This document shows, piece by piece, positions 21,948-30,380 of a stretch of DNA of 64,000 bases (position 1 is the stretch's first letter; every line of letters starts with the position of its first letter). The position numbers were made by a program, and so were the translations under genes. The stretch comes from Kofleriaceae bacterium (GTDB lineage: Bacteria; Myxococcota_A; Polyangia; Haliangiales; Haliangiaceae), in the NCBI GenBank assembly GCA_035715365.1, contig DASTLB010000022.1, forward strand, positions 208,242-272,241, given 5' to 3'. A model generated the notes under the pieces. That model did no database searches. It saw nothing but the letters and a program-made list of their open reading frames with translations, and was not told the DNA's origin.

Positions 21948-22181
21948 GGGGTCAGGCTACACTTCGTCAACCAGGCGGCGCACAACCCCCTGAAATCCTG
22001 TGCCCCATCGGGGACAGGCTACACTTCGTCAACCTGCGCGCGGCGCTATCGCAACGCCGATGCAGATGCAGATGCAGCCCGCCTGCGTCTACCAGGTTGA
22101 GCAAGTGTAGCCTGTCCCCGATCGCGTGTGCGATTTCGGCGACTTGCAGCGCGCCTGGTTGAGCAAGTGTAGCCTGACCCC
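21948..22181. repeat. Nested inverted-repeat element: two direct copies of GGG(G/T)(A/C)AGGCTACACTTCGTCAACC (21948-21972, 22010-22034) and two inverted copies (22095-22119, 22157-22181)
   Basis: Seen directly. The arms pair outer with outer and inner with inner (GTCAGG/CCTGAC versus GACAGG/CCTGTC). A (GATGCA)3 microsatellite sits at the centre. The element lies between convergent genes, 2 nt after the stop of the hydrolase gene. Confidence 0.85.
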
Positions 22182-22182
22182 A

Positions 22183-23157
22183 TTACATCGGGTGAGCGAG
22201 GAAGAACTGCATCACCTGCTCGCCCCACACGAACGAGTTCGGTAGCACGCACGGGATCGCGTACTGCGGCGCGTACGGATCGGTCGTGCTGCCCGGGATG
22301 CAGTGGCCACGGGCAGAGCCGAACGGTCCGTCGGCGACGGTCTCGTACGCGTGGTCGAAGGTCTCGATCACCGACGAGCCGGTCCATCGATCGTGGGTGT
22401 ACGTCGCGTCGCCGTCGAGCGGGGTCGGTGCGCCGGCGCCGTAGGCGGCGATCGCGGCGTCGCGGATCTGCACCATCGACGCGTAGCCGACCGACGCGTC
22501 GGTGCGGCCCATGAGGAACGCGATCGGGATCGGACGCGCCGGCGTGCGCCCCGGCGTGAAGCAGGTCTCCTCGCCGAAGCTCGCGCCGTTGCCGGCGCCG
22601 GCGGGCGCGGCGGACGCGAACAGGTCCGCGTGATCGCACAGCAGGCGCCACGTCACGAAGCCGCCGCGCGAGAACCCGGTGACGTGGATCTTCGTCGGAT
22701 CGACGCGGAACACCGCCGCGAGCTGCTGCACGAGATCGACGAGCATCGCGTCGTTCGTCGCCTCCCACGTCGAGCCCGGGAAGCCGCCGCCGAACGGCGG
22801 ACCGGTCGGCGCGGCGACGATGTAGCCGTGCTGCTCGCCAAGATCGCGCAGCCGGACGTGGCCGTCCATCAGCAGGCCGTTGCCGGTGTCGCCGTGGAGG
22901 ACGAGGATCAGGCCGCAGCCGGGCTGCTGGCAGGCCGCGGGGATCCGCGCGTCGACCGCGAGCCCGCTGCACGTGTACTGGTGATCGCCGGTCGCGACGT
23001 CGGTGATGCAGCCGGCGGGCACCGGTGGATCGACCGAGGCGCCGTCGCCGGGCGGCGGCATGTCATCGGATTCGACGGTGCCGCCGCAGCCGATCAGGAG
23101 CGCGAGCGCGAGGACGACGACGATACGCACGGCGCCAGTATCGCTCGAAGCCGCCAC
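22183..23157 (-). CDS. Esterase/PHB-depolymerase-family lipoprotein (LpqC-like)
   Basis: Signal peptide plus lipobox (LLIGCGG). GFSRGG (GxSxG) motif. LILVLHGDTGNG. Confidence 0.6.
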   Translation of the reverse strand: MAASSDTGAVRIVVVLALALLIGCGGTVESDDMPPPGDGASVDPPVPAGCITDVATGDHQYTCSGLAVDARIPAACQQPGCGLILVLHGDTGNGLLMDGHVRLRDLGEQHGYIVAAPTGPPFGGGFPGSTWEATNDAMLVDLVQQLAAVFRVDPTKIHVTGFSRGGFVTWRLLCDHADLFASAAPAGAGNGASFGEETCFTPGRTPARPIPIAFLMGRTDASVGYASMVQIRDAAIAAYGAGAPTPLDGDATYTHDRWTGSSVIETFDHAYETVADGPFGSARGHCIPGSTTDPYAPQYAIPCVLPNSFVWGEQVMQFFLAHPM

Positions 23158-23158
23158 A

Positions 23159-24355
23159 TCACGGGGTGATTCCGATCGCCCCGCCGATGTTCTCGAGGCC
23201 CATGCCGAACGCGAGCGAGCCGAGGTCGGTGACGTTGCCGTCGGGCGTGAACGCGAGGTGGCGGATCGACACGTTCTCCGAGATGAAGACGTGGCCGCGC
23301 AGCGTGCCGCGATCGATCGCGGCGAGATCGCCGGGGAGCTGCGGCCGGCCGCCGGCGTAGCTGACCTCGGTCGCCGCCCACGTGCCCGTCGCGCCGGGGG
23401 CGAGCACGAAGATCTTGTCGCCGAGCGCGCTCGTCACGATCGCCTTCGTGCCGAACGGCGAGGCGGCGATCGCCTGTGGATCCTCGACGAGGACCTGGCC
23501 GGCGGACGTCATCGTCGTGCCGGTGATGTCGACGATCTCGACCCGGTTCGGCTGATCGCCGAACGCACTGGTGTCGCCGACGAGGTAGTGCATGCCGTCC
23601 GTGGTCAGCGCGGAGCCGCCGACGATCGCCATGTCGTCGCCGAACGCGTCGACGCCGCCGACGAGCGATGGCGTGTCGCTCCAGTCGAGCAGCTGGACGT
23701 CGTCGCCGGCCTTCGCGCCGGTGAGGATGTCGCCCGCGGCGACGATCGCGCGGTTGCCAGCGAGCGCCATCCCGCCGGGCAGCTTCGCCGCGGCGACGAG
23801 CCCGCGATCGACGACCGTGCCGTCGCAGTTGATGTCGACGCGGTAGATGCCGCCGCCGTTCTCGCGCGTGTTGCCGTCGAGCACGTACGCGCGATCGCCG
23901 CGCGGATCGACGTAGATGCGCGTCGCGTAGAAGCTGCCGGCAAGCCCGGCGTCGATCACGCGTGGCATCCCGGCGGCGTCGAGCTCGAACACCGCGAGCT
24001 TGCCGTCCTCGGTCGCGACGAGGCCGATCTTGCCGTCGGGCGTGAACGCGATCTGGCCGAACGACGTCCGCGCGAGCGAGAAGATCCGGTTCGGCGTGGG
24101 CCGCGTCAGCTCGCCGGCCGCGGACAGCTCGAGCACCTCGAACGTGTCCGCGCCCTGCCCCGCGGTGTCGTACGGGTGCGAGACCACGACGTAGCGCGTG
24201 CGGTCGTCGGCCGCCGGTGCGCGCGGACAACCGCTGCCGGCGTCGGGCGAGCTGTCACTGCCGCCGTCGGGCGTGGGGTTGTTCGCGTCCGATCCACCGC
24301 ACGCGGCGAGCGCGGCGACCAGCACGTAGCAAGTCCTCATCATCCAGTCGACCAT
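23159..24355 (-). CDS. Beta-propeller lipoprotein, hypothetical
   Basis: Lipobox VAALAACGG. Repeated blade-like segments (DGKIGLVATEDGKLAVFELD, AIVAAGDILTG...). The gene starts 1 nt before the downstream esterase gene. Confidence 0.55.
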   Translation of the reverse strand: MVDWMMRTCYVLVAALAACGGSDANNPTPDGGSDSSPDAGSGCPRAPAADDRTRYVVVSHPYDTAGQGADTFEVLELSAAGELTRPTPNRIFSLARTSFGQIAFTPDGKIGLVATEDGKLAVFELDAAGMPRVIDAGLAGSFYATRIYVDPRGDRAYVLDGNTRENGGGIYRVDINCDGTVVDRGLVAAAKLPGGMALAGNRAIVAAGDILTGAKAGDDVQLLDWSDTPSLVGGVDAFGDDMAIVGGSALTTDGMHYLVGDTSAFGDQPNRVEIVDITGTTMTSAGQVLVEDPQAIAASPFGTKAIVTSALGDKIFVLAPGATGTWAATEVSYAGGRPQLPGDLAAIDRGTLRGHVFISENVSIRHLAFTPDGNVTDLGSLAFGMGLENIGGAIGITP

Positions 24356-24403
24356 CGCGGCGCATCCTGCAACAGGTCGCGGCCGCGGCGGGAGCGAAAT
24401 CGG

Positions 24404-24568
24404 TCAGGGTTTCGTCGACGAGCGCTGCTGCTTTTCGGTCTCGGCGAGCGTCTTCTCGACCTCGCGTGCGTGCTCGCTGCCGACCTTCTCGCGCATCTCA
24501 CCGAGCGCGCGGCGCGCCTCGGGAACGGTCATCGAGCCCTTCGCGATTTCGATGCAGATGAGGCACAT
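24404..24568 (-). CDS. Small hypothetical protein (54 aa)
   Basis: The last 54 codons of track ORF 24404-25609, MCLICIEIAKGSMTVPEARRALGEMREKVGSEHAREVEKTLAETEKQQRSSTKP, fill the gap between two real genes. The composition is protein-like. There is no homology evidence. Confidence 0.3.
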   Translation of the reverse strand: MCLICIEIAKGSMTVPEARRALGEMREKVGSEHAREVEKTLAETEKQQRSSTKP

Positions 24569-24585
24569 GGCCAAGCGTAGCCCGG

Positions 24586-25806
24586 TTACGCCTTCTTCGC
24601 CTTCGCCCGTCGCATGACGACGAGGTGAGGCCGCAGCTTGCCGTCGGGATAGCCGAACCGGAACGCGAGCGGCCGCGCGGGTTGCGACTTGAACAGCGCC
24701 TTCCACTGCGGCGTGACGTACTTGCCCGCGTGCATGTTCGAGCTCTCCCACGTGCCGTACGTCTCGTACTCGAACCCGGCCGGCGTGCCCTCGGCCGGCG
24801 CGAGCCCGGTCGTGTCCGACACCATCCAGTCGACGTGGTCGATCACGTAGCGTCGCATCGTCGAGAACTCGGGGAACGTCAGCAGGTAGCTCGCCGCCTT
24901 CGTCATCGCCGCGACGTGGCCCTTCGCCTCGAGGTGGAGCAGCGGCGCCTTGTACTTCGCGAGGTGCGGATCGTCGAGGTTCGCCATGATGTGGCGATAG
25001 ATCTGCTCGTGCTTGCTGCCGGGCTTCTTGAACCGCAGCTCGACGTTCGCGAACTGGCGATTGCGCCAGCCCGCATCGCTGACGCGCTCGGCGCGCGCGG
25101 CATCGGCGTCGGTCAGGTAGTGCAGCTCGCCTTTCGGCGTCAGCTGGAAGTACTTCATCCCGACGAGCTCGTAGCCGTGCATGTGCAACGCGGACAGGCT
25201 GAAGATCAGCTGCGTCGGCAGCTGGCCTCCGCGCATCGCGTTGATCATGTTCATCGTCTTCGAGAAGTTCGACGTGTAGAGCGACTCGAGCTCGGTCGCG
25301 ACGGTCGCGAGCGCCGCCGCCTTCTGCTTGTCGGCGAGGCGGCCGAGCGCGCGGGGATCGCCGGCGGGCTCGAGCGACAGCGTCGTGATCTCGTCGGCGT
25401 CGGGATACACGGTGAGCGCGGTCGACAGATCGCCGCCGGCGAACGGATACACGACGGTCTTCGGCGCATCCGCAGGCACGTGCGCCTGGAAGAACGTCCG
25501 CGCCGGCGCGAGCCACGACTTGCGGTACGCGTCCTGCGCCGCGCGTACCTTCTTGCAGTGCGCGTCGACGAGCTCCTGCTTGACCTGCGTCTGCTTGCCC
25601 TCGGCACACGCGCCGACGACGAGCAGCGTCTGCGCCTCGGCCAGAAACTCCTGCGGAACCGGCTCCGGTCGCGGCGGCTCGGCCTTCGCCTTGTCGGTCG
25701 CCTTGCCGGGCTTGCTCGGCAGGTCATCGGCGCGCACCGTCGACACGTCGCGGGACACGGCGCAGACGAGGCCCAGCGCGACCACCAGCTTTCGCATGGC
25801 CCGCAA
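24586..25806 (-). CDS. Secreted protein, paralogue 2 of the VYPFAGGDL family
   Basis: 406 aa, with a signal peptide. Strong identity to 28067-29209 and clear similarity to 799-2082. Confidence 0.7.
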   Translation of the reverse strand: MRAMRKLVVALGLVCAVSRDVSTVRADDLPSKPGKATDKAKAEPPRPEPVPQEFLAEAQTLLVVGACAEGKQTQVKQELVDAHCKKVRAAQDAYRKSWLAPARTFFQAHVPADAPKTVVYPFAGGDLSTALTVYPDADEITTLSLEPAGDPRALGRLADKQKAAALATVATELESLYTSNFSKTMNMINAMRGGQLPTQLIFSLSALHMHGYELVGMKYFQLTPKGELHYLTDADAARAERVSDAGWRNRQFANVELRFKKPGSKHEQIYRHIMANLDDPHLAKYKAPLLHLEAKGHVAAMTKAASYLLTFPEFSTMRRYVIDHVDWMVSDTTGLAPAEGTPAGFEYETYGTWESSNMHAGKYVTPQWKALFKSQPARPLAFRFGYPDGKLRPHLVVMRRAKAKKA

Positions 25807-25923
25807 TCTGCCACGCCGCGGGTCGCGGGTGCACGCGTTCGTGATGTGACCTGCGCCATCCCTCGGAGCGTTCCCGATCTTCGTGCTGGACCTGCGAAAC
25901 CGTCCTGCCTACGCTGCCGGGCG

Positions 25924-26844
25924 ATGCGCGCCGTCGGGCTCGGGTTCGCGATCGCGGTCGGCCTCGCCGGCTGCACCGTCCAGCGCGACTACGCACCGCC
26001 GGATGCGCCCGGCACCGACGGCTATCCGCCGCCGCGCACCGATCTCGTGCCGGCGATCGGCAGCCCGACGACGCTCGAAATCGCGACCTGGAACATCGAG
26101 AACTTCCCGGACACGTCGCTCACCGCGTCGTACGTCGCGGACGTGATCGCGAGCCTCGATCTCGACATCGTCGTCGTCGAGGAGATCGCGAGCGAGACCG
26201 CGTGGGCCGAGCTGCTCGAGCGGCTGCCCGAGCACGACGGCGTGCTGTCGACGCACACGTACTCGCCGACGGAGTACCAGAAGATCGGCATCGTCTATCG
26301 CAGCTCGCTCGTCACGGTCGGCGCGCCCACGCTGCTGTTCACGAACGACGCGTACGCGTTCCCGCGGCCGCCGTTCTCGATCCCGGTCACCGTCGACGGC
26401 GACACGTTCGAGGTGATCGGCGTGCACCTCAAGGCCGGCGGCGCGCTCGAGGACGCGCAGCGCCGGACGCTCGCGGTCGCCGCGCTCGACCAGCACCTGC
26501 GCGACCAGATCGACAGCGGTGGCGAATCCGAGGTGATCGTGCTCGGCGATTACAACGAGCGCGTCACCACCGACGACAGCCGCGCGGTGCTCGCGCCGCT
26601 TCTCACCGCGCCGGATCGCTACAACGTCCGCACCGAGCCGTCCGCGCTCGCCGGTGGCGTCACGTACCTCGGGTTCGGCGGCACCTGGATCGATCACATC
26701 ACGACGACGTCGGGGCTCGCGAGCTGGTTCGGCGCCGCGCGCGTCGTCGTGCCGCGGCTCGACGCGATGATCCCCGGCTACCGCTCGACGATCAGCGACC
26801 ACCTGCCGGTCGTGATGGTCGTCGATCGCCCGCCTGTCCGGTAG
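25924..26844 (+). CDS. Endonuclease/exonuclease/phosphatase (EEP)-family lipoprotein
   Basis: The real part of track ORF 24625-26844 gives MRAVGLGFAIAVGLAGC with a lipobox. ATWNIENF and SDHLPV EEP-type motifs. Confidence 0.6.
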   Translation: MRAVGLGFAIAVGLAGCTVQRDYAPPDAPGTDGYPPPRTDLVPAIGSPTTLEIATWNIENFPDTSLTASYVADVIASLDLDIVVVEEIASETAWAELLERLPEHDGVLSTHTYSPTEYQKIGIVYRSSLVTVGAPTLLFTNDAYAFPRPPFSIPVTVDGDTFEVIGVHLKAGGALEDAQRRTLAVAALDQHLRDQIDSGGESEVIVLGDYNERVTTDDSRAVLAPLLTAPDRYNVRTEPSALAGGVTYLGFGGTWIDHITTTSGLASWFGAARVVVPRLDAMIPGYRSTISDHLPVVMVVDRPPVR

Positions 26845-26858
26845 CCGCGTGTGGAATC

Positions 26859-26953
26859 GGGGACAGGCTACACTTCGTCAACGTGGCGCAGCGCAAACGC
26901 GCGATCACCCGTGGTCTGTCCCCGCGTTGGTTGACGAAGTGTAGCCTGTCCCC
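26859..26953. repeat. Second copy of the inverted-repeat element: GGGGACAGGCTACACTTCGTCAAC (26859-26882) and its exact reverse complement (26930-26953), separated by a 46-nt spacer
   Basis: Seen directly. The arms are a perfect 24-nt palindrome. The element lies between convergent genes (the EEP lipoprotein gene ends at 26844 and the GGDEF gene ends at 27007). Confidence 0.85.
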
Positions 26954-27006
26954 TGTCCGGGTTGCTCGCGCTCCGTCACGGGCGCGGGCACGGTCACGGG
27001 CACGGC

Positions 27007-27996
27007 TTAACCGCGCTTCTGCGCCTGCTTGTCCGCGGTGACCTGCGCCATCGCGCGCGCGAACAGCGAATCCGCAGTCTCCTCGGGAGCCTGTACGCCG
27101 ACGACGCCGAAGCTCGCGGTCAGCGCGCCCTTCAGCAGCTTCGCCTCGGCGATGTGCGCGCGGCAGCGCTCGGCGACGATCCGCGCACCCTCGGCGGAGG
27201 TTCCGGGCATGACGAGCGCGAAGTCCGCGGCGTTGATCCGGAAGCAGCCATCGATCGCGCGCGTGTTCTTCGCGAGGATCGCGGCGAGCATGCGCAGCGC
27301 CTCGTCGCCGGAGGCCTGGCCCATGCGATCGATCGCGGCCTCGAGCCCCGCGAGATCGAGCAGCGCGAGGCTGAACGAGTGGCCGTAGCGCCGGTTGCGC
27401 GTCAGCTCGGCCTGCATGCGCTCGTCGAACGCGCGCTTGTTCCCGAGCCCGGTCAGCGGATCGTGCTCGGTGTCCGGCTTCGGCTTGGGATACGTGTACG
27501 CGCGGTGCAGCGCGATCGCGATCGTCTGCGCGAGCAGCCGCAGCGTCTCGACATCCTCGTCGGAGAACTTCGCCTTGTCGGCCGACACGACCTCGAGCAC
27601 GCCGACCGCGCTCTCGCCGTACAGCAGCGGCACGCAGACGAGCGAGCCCGACCCGCTGCGCGCGAGCGTGTCGGCGTCGACCCGCGGATCCTTGGACGTG
27701 TCGTCGATCCGGATCGGCGCGCGCTCGGCGATGCAGCGGCTGGGTGCGCTCTGGCCGCTCGCGAGCCGGGTGCCGATCTGCAGCGTGCTCGGCCGTGCGA
27801 CCGCGCGATAGACGATGTCGTTGCCCTCCACCATCGCCACGACCCCGCCGGTCGCTCCGGTCAGCGCGGCCGCGCGCTCGACGACGATCGCCATCACCTC
27901 GTCCGCGTTCATCCCGGCGGCCGCGATCGCGTTCTGGAGCTCGATGACCGACAGCAGGCGCTCGGGGCTGGGAGTGACCGCCATTGCCTGCATCAT
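27007..27996 (-). CDS. GAF-domain protein with a degenerate GGDEF domain (GGDEF replaced by NAADF)
   Basis: N-terminal GAF-like region. HDPLTGLGNKRAF is the start of a GGDEF domain. The active-site position reads RINAADFALVMP, so it is probably not an active cyclase. Confidence 0.75.
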   Translation of the reverse strand: MMQAMAVTPSPERLLSVIELQNAIAAAGMNADEVMAIVVERAAALTGATGGVVAMVEGNDIVYRAVARPSTLQIGTRLASGQSAPSRCIAERAPIRIDDTSKDPRVDADTLARSGSGSLVCVPLLYGESAVGVLEVVSADKAKFSDEDVETLRLLAQTIAIALHRAYTYPKPKPDTEHDPLTGLGNKRAFDERMQAELTRNRRYGHSFSLALLDLAGLEAAIDRMGQASGDEALRMLAAILAKNTRAIDGCFRINAADFALVMPGTSAEGARIVAERCRAHIAEAKLLKGALTASFGVVGVQAPEETADSLFARAMAQVTADKQAQKRG

Positions 27997-28066
27997 ACAT
28001 GACGTGCGCTGGCGCGCGGGCGACGCGACCGGCGTCGACGATGCGCCACCTACACGCGGCTCCGGC

Positions 28067-29209
28067 TCAGGCCTTCTTCGACCGCCGCATGATGATCAGG
28101 TTGTGGTGGAAGTTCACGTCCGGGTAACCAAAGCGGAATTTGAGCGGCCGCTTCGGCTGCGCCTTGAACTCCGCGACCCACGACGGAGAGATCGGCGCGC
28201 CGGCATCCATCTCCGAGCGCTCGAACGTCCCGTAGGTCTCGTACTGGAAGCCCGCCGGCTTGCCCCACTTCGGCGCGAGCCCGCTCGCATCCGACACCAT
28301 CCACTCGACGTGCTCCGCGAGGTACTTGCGCATCGTCTGGAAGTCGTCGAACGACAGCAGGAAGCTCGCGGCCTTCGTCATCGCCGAGACCTGGCCCTTC
28401 TTCTCGATGTGGCGCAGCGCGGCCGGCTCCTTCTTGAGGTGCGCGTCGTCGAGGTTCGCCATGATGTGGCGATACGTCTGCTCCTTCGTCGCGCCCTTCT
28501 TGCGGAACTTGAGCTCGACGTTCGCGAGCTCCTTGTTGCGCTTCGTCGTGTCCTTGATCTGGTCGATGCGGTCGAAGTCCGCCGCCGTCAGGTAGCGAAT
28601 GTCGCCCTGGTCGGTGAGCTGGAAGTACCTGAGCGACGTCGGCTCGTAGCCGTGCAGCCACAGCGCGGACAGGCTGAAGATCAGCTGCGTCGGCAGCTGG
28701 CCCTCGCGCATCGCGCCGATCATCGCCATCGTGCGCGAGAACGTCGCCTTGTACAGCGACGACAGCTCGGTCGCGACCGTGCCGAGCGACGCCTTGATCT
28801 GCGCCTCGGATAGCTTGTCGATCGCGCGCGCGTCACCGGCCGGCTCGAGCGACAGCGTCGTGATCTCCTCGGCGTCCGGGAACACCGTCAGCGCGGTCGA
28901 TAGATCACCGCCCGCGAACGGATAGACGACGGTCTTCGGGATGTCGGTCGGGACGGCGGTCGCGAAGAACTCGCGCGCGACCGTGATCCACGACTTCTTG
29001 TACTCGTCCTGCGCCGCCTTCACCTTCTTGCAGTGGGCGGTGACGATCTTCTGGCTGACCTTCGCGGGCGTGCCATCGGCGCATGCCCCGACGACGAGCA
29101 GCTGCTTCGCCTGCTCGATGAATTCCTGCGGCGCCTGGGCCGGCGTGTCCGCGTGTGCACGCGCGACGCCGACAACCAGGCCGAGAGCAACCACCCACGA
29201 ATGACGCAT
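28067..29209 (-). CDS. Secreted protein, paralogue 3 of the VYPFAGGDL family
   Basis: 380 aa, with a signal peptide. The closest paralogue is 24586-25806. Confidence 0.7.
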   Translation of the reverse strand: MRHSWVVALGLVVGVARAHADTPAQAPQEFIEQAKQLLVVGACADGTPAKVSQKIVTAHCKKVKAAQDEYKKSWITVAREFFATAVPTDIPKTVVYPFAGGDLSTALTVFPDAEEITTLSLEPAGDARAIDKLSEAQIKASLGTVATELSSLYKATFSRTMAMIGAMREGQLPTQLIFSLSALWLHGYEPTSLRYFQLTDQGDIRYLTAADFDRIDQIKDTTKRNKELANVELKFRKKGATKEQTYRHIMANLDDAHLKKEPAALRHIEKKGQVSAMTKAASFLLSFDDFQTMRKYLAEHVEWMVSDASGLAPKWGKPAGFQYETYGTFERSEMDAGAPISPSWVAEFKAQPKRPLKFRFGYPDVNFHHNLIIMRRSKKA

Positions 29210-29287
29210 GGGGAGGAGACTGCCACGTCGGCGACGAGAGTTGAAGTTTCTCGTCGAGCGAGCGTCTACTCGTCACGCGCAAGATTG

Positions 29288-29301
29288 CGCGAAATTTCGC
29301 G
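29288..29301. terminator. Perfect 14-bp palindrome CGCGAAATTTCGCG between the minE stop and the start of paralogue 3; possible terminator hairpin or operator
   Basis: Seen directly. AT-rich centre flanked by GC arms. No T-tract. Confidence 0.25.
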
Positions 29302-29307
29302 AGCGAC

Positions 29308-29562
29308 TCAGGCGTTGCGCGGGGCGATCGGGCTCGACACGGTCAGCTGGGTCTCGCGGCTGCGCGTCTCGATCTGGATATCGACCGCCTCGGGATCGAT
29401 CGCGACGTAGCGCGCGATCACCTGCGCGATCTCCTTGCGCATCTCCTGCAGCCGCCCGCCCTCGAGGCCGGTGCGATCGTGGGCGAGCACGAGGTGCAGG
29501 CGGCCCTTCGCCACCTCGCGACTCGACTTGCCGGACAGAAACGTCTTGATGCCATTCCACAT
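29308..29562 (-). CDS. minE: Cell division topological specificity factor MinE
   Basis: The last 84 codons of track ORF 29308-30168 give MWNGIKTFLSGKSSREVAKGRLHLVLAHDR...IARYVAIDPEAVDIQ. Confidence 0.85.
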   Translation of the reverse strand: MWNGIKTFLSGKSSREVAKGRLHLVLAHDRTGLEGGRLQEMRKEIAQVIARYVAIDPEAVDIQIETRSRETQLTVSSPIAPRNA

Positions 29563-29573
29563 CGGTAGGCTCC

Positions 29574-30368
29574 TCACGCCGGCGAGGCCGACAGTCCCAG
29601 GGCGCGCGACAGCCGCGTGAAGAAGCCGACCTGCGCGCGCGGCTCGACTTCCTGGCCCGCGAGCCGCTTCGCGATCCGCGCGAGCTCCTTCGCGGCGAGC
29701 GACTTGCCCTCGAGCACGGCCGGGATGCCCTTGTTCGTGGTCGCGACGATCTGATCGTCGAGCGGGATCGTGCCGAGCAGCTCGAGCGCGAGGATCTCGA
29801 TCACGTCGGTCTGCGACAGCATGTCGCCGCGCTTCACGAGGTGCGGCGCGATCCGGTTGACGATCAGGCGCGCCGGCACGTCGGCGGCGGCGAGCAGCCC
29901 GACGACGCGGTCGGCATCGCGGATCGACGAGACTTCGGGCGTCGCGACGACGACGGCCTCGTCGGCGCCGGCGATCGCGTTCTTGAAGCCCTGCTCGATC
30001 CCGGCGGGGCAATCGATCAGCACGAAGTCGTGCGTGTGCTTGAGCTCGGAGATGAGCGTGCGCATCTCCTCGGGCGCGACCGCGTCCTTGTCGTCGGTCT
30101 GCGACGCCGGAAGCATCCACAGGTTCTCCATGCGCCGATCCTTGATCAGCGCCTTCTGGACGCCGCACTTGCCTTTGATCGCGTCGACCAGGTGATAGAC
30201 GATCCGGTTCTCCAGACCCATCACCACGTCGAGGTTGCGCAAGCCGATGTCCGCATCGACGAGCACGACCGTGTGCCCGAGCTGGGCGAGCGCGGTGCCG
30301 AGATTGGCGGTGACCGTGGTCTTCCCCACTCCACCCTTCCCTGACGTGATGACGATTGCTCGACCCAT
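29574..30368 (-). CDS. minD: Septum site-determining ATPase MinD
   Basis: Deviant Walker A GKGGVGKTT, plus the DADIGLRNLD and LIDCPAGIE blocks. Confidence 0.9.
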   Translation of the reverse strand: MGRAIVITSGKGGVGKTTVTANLGTALAQLGHTVVLVDADIGLRNLDVVMGLENRIVYHLVDAIKGKCGVQKALIKDRRMENLWMLPASQTDDKDAVAPEEMRTLISELKHTHDFVLIDCPAGIEQGFKNAIAGADEAVVVATPEVSSIRDADRVVGLLAAADVPARLIVNRIAPHLVKRGDMLSQTDVIEILALELLGTIPLDDQIVATTNKGIPAVLEGKSLAAKELARIAKRLAGQEVEPRAQVGFFTRLSRALGLSASPA

Positions 30369-30380
30369 AGAAACTTCCTC

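Noticed and set aside
21948-22181. Possible CRISPR array
   Set aside because: The repeats are inverted relative to each other and irregularly spaced, with only four copies and no cas genes. The element is a palindromic repeat, not a CRISPR array.
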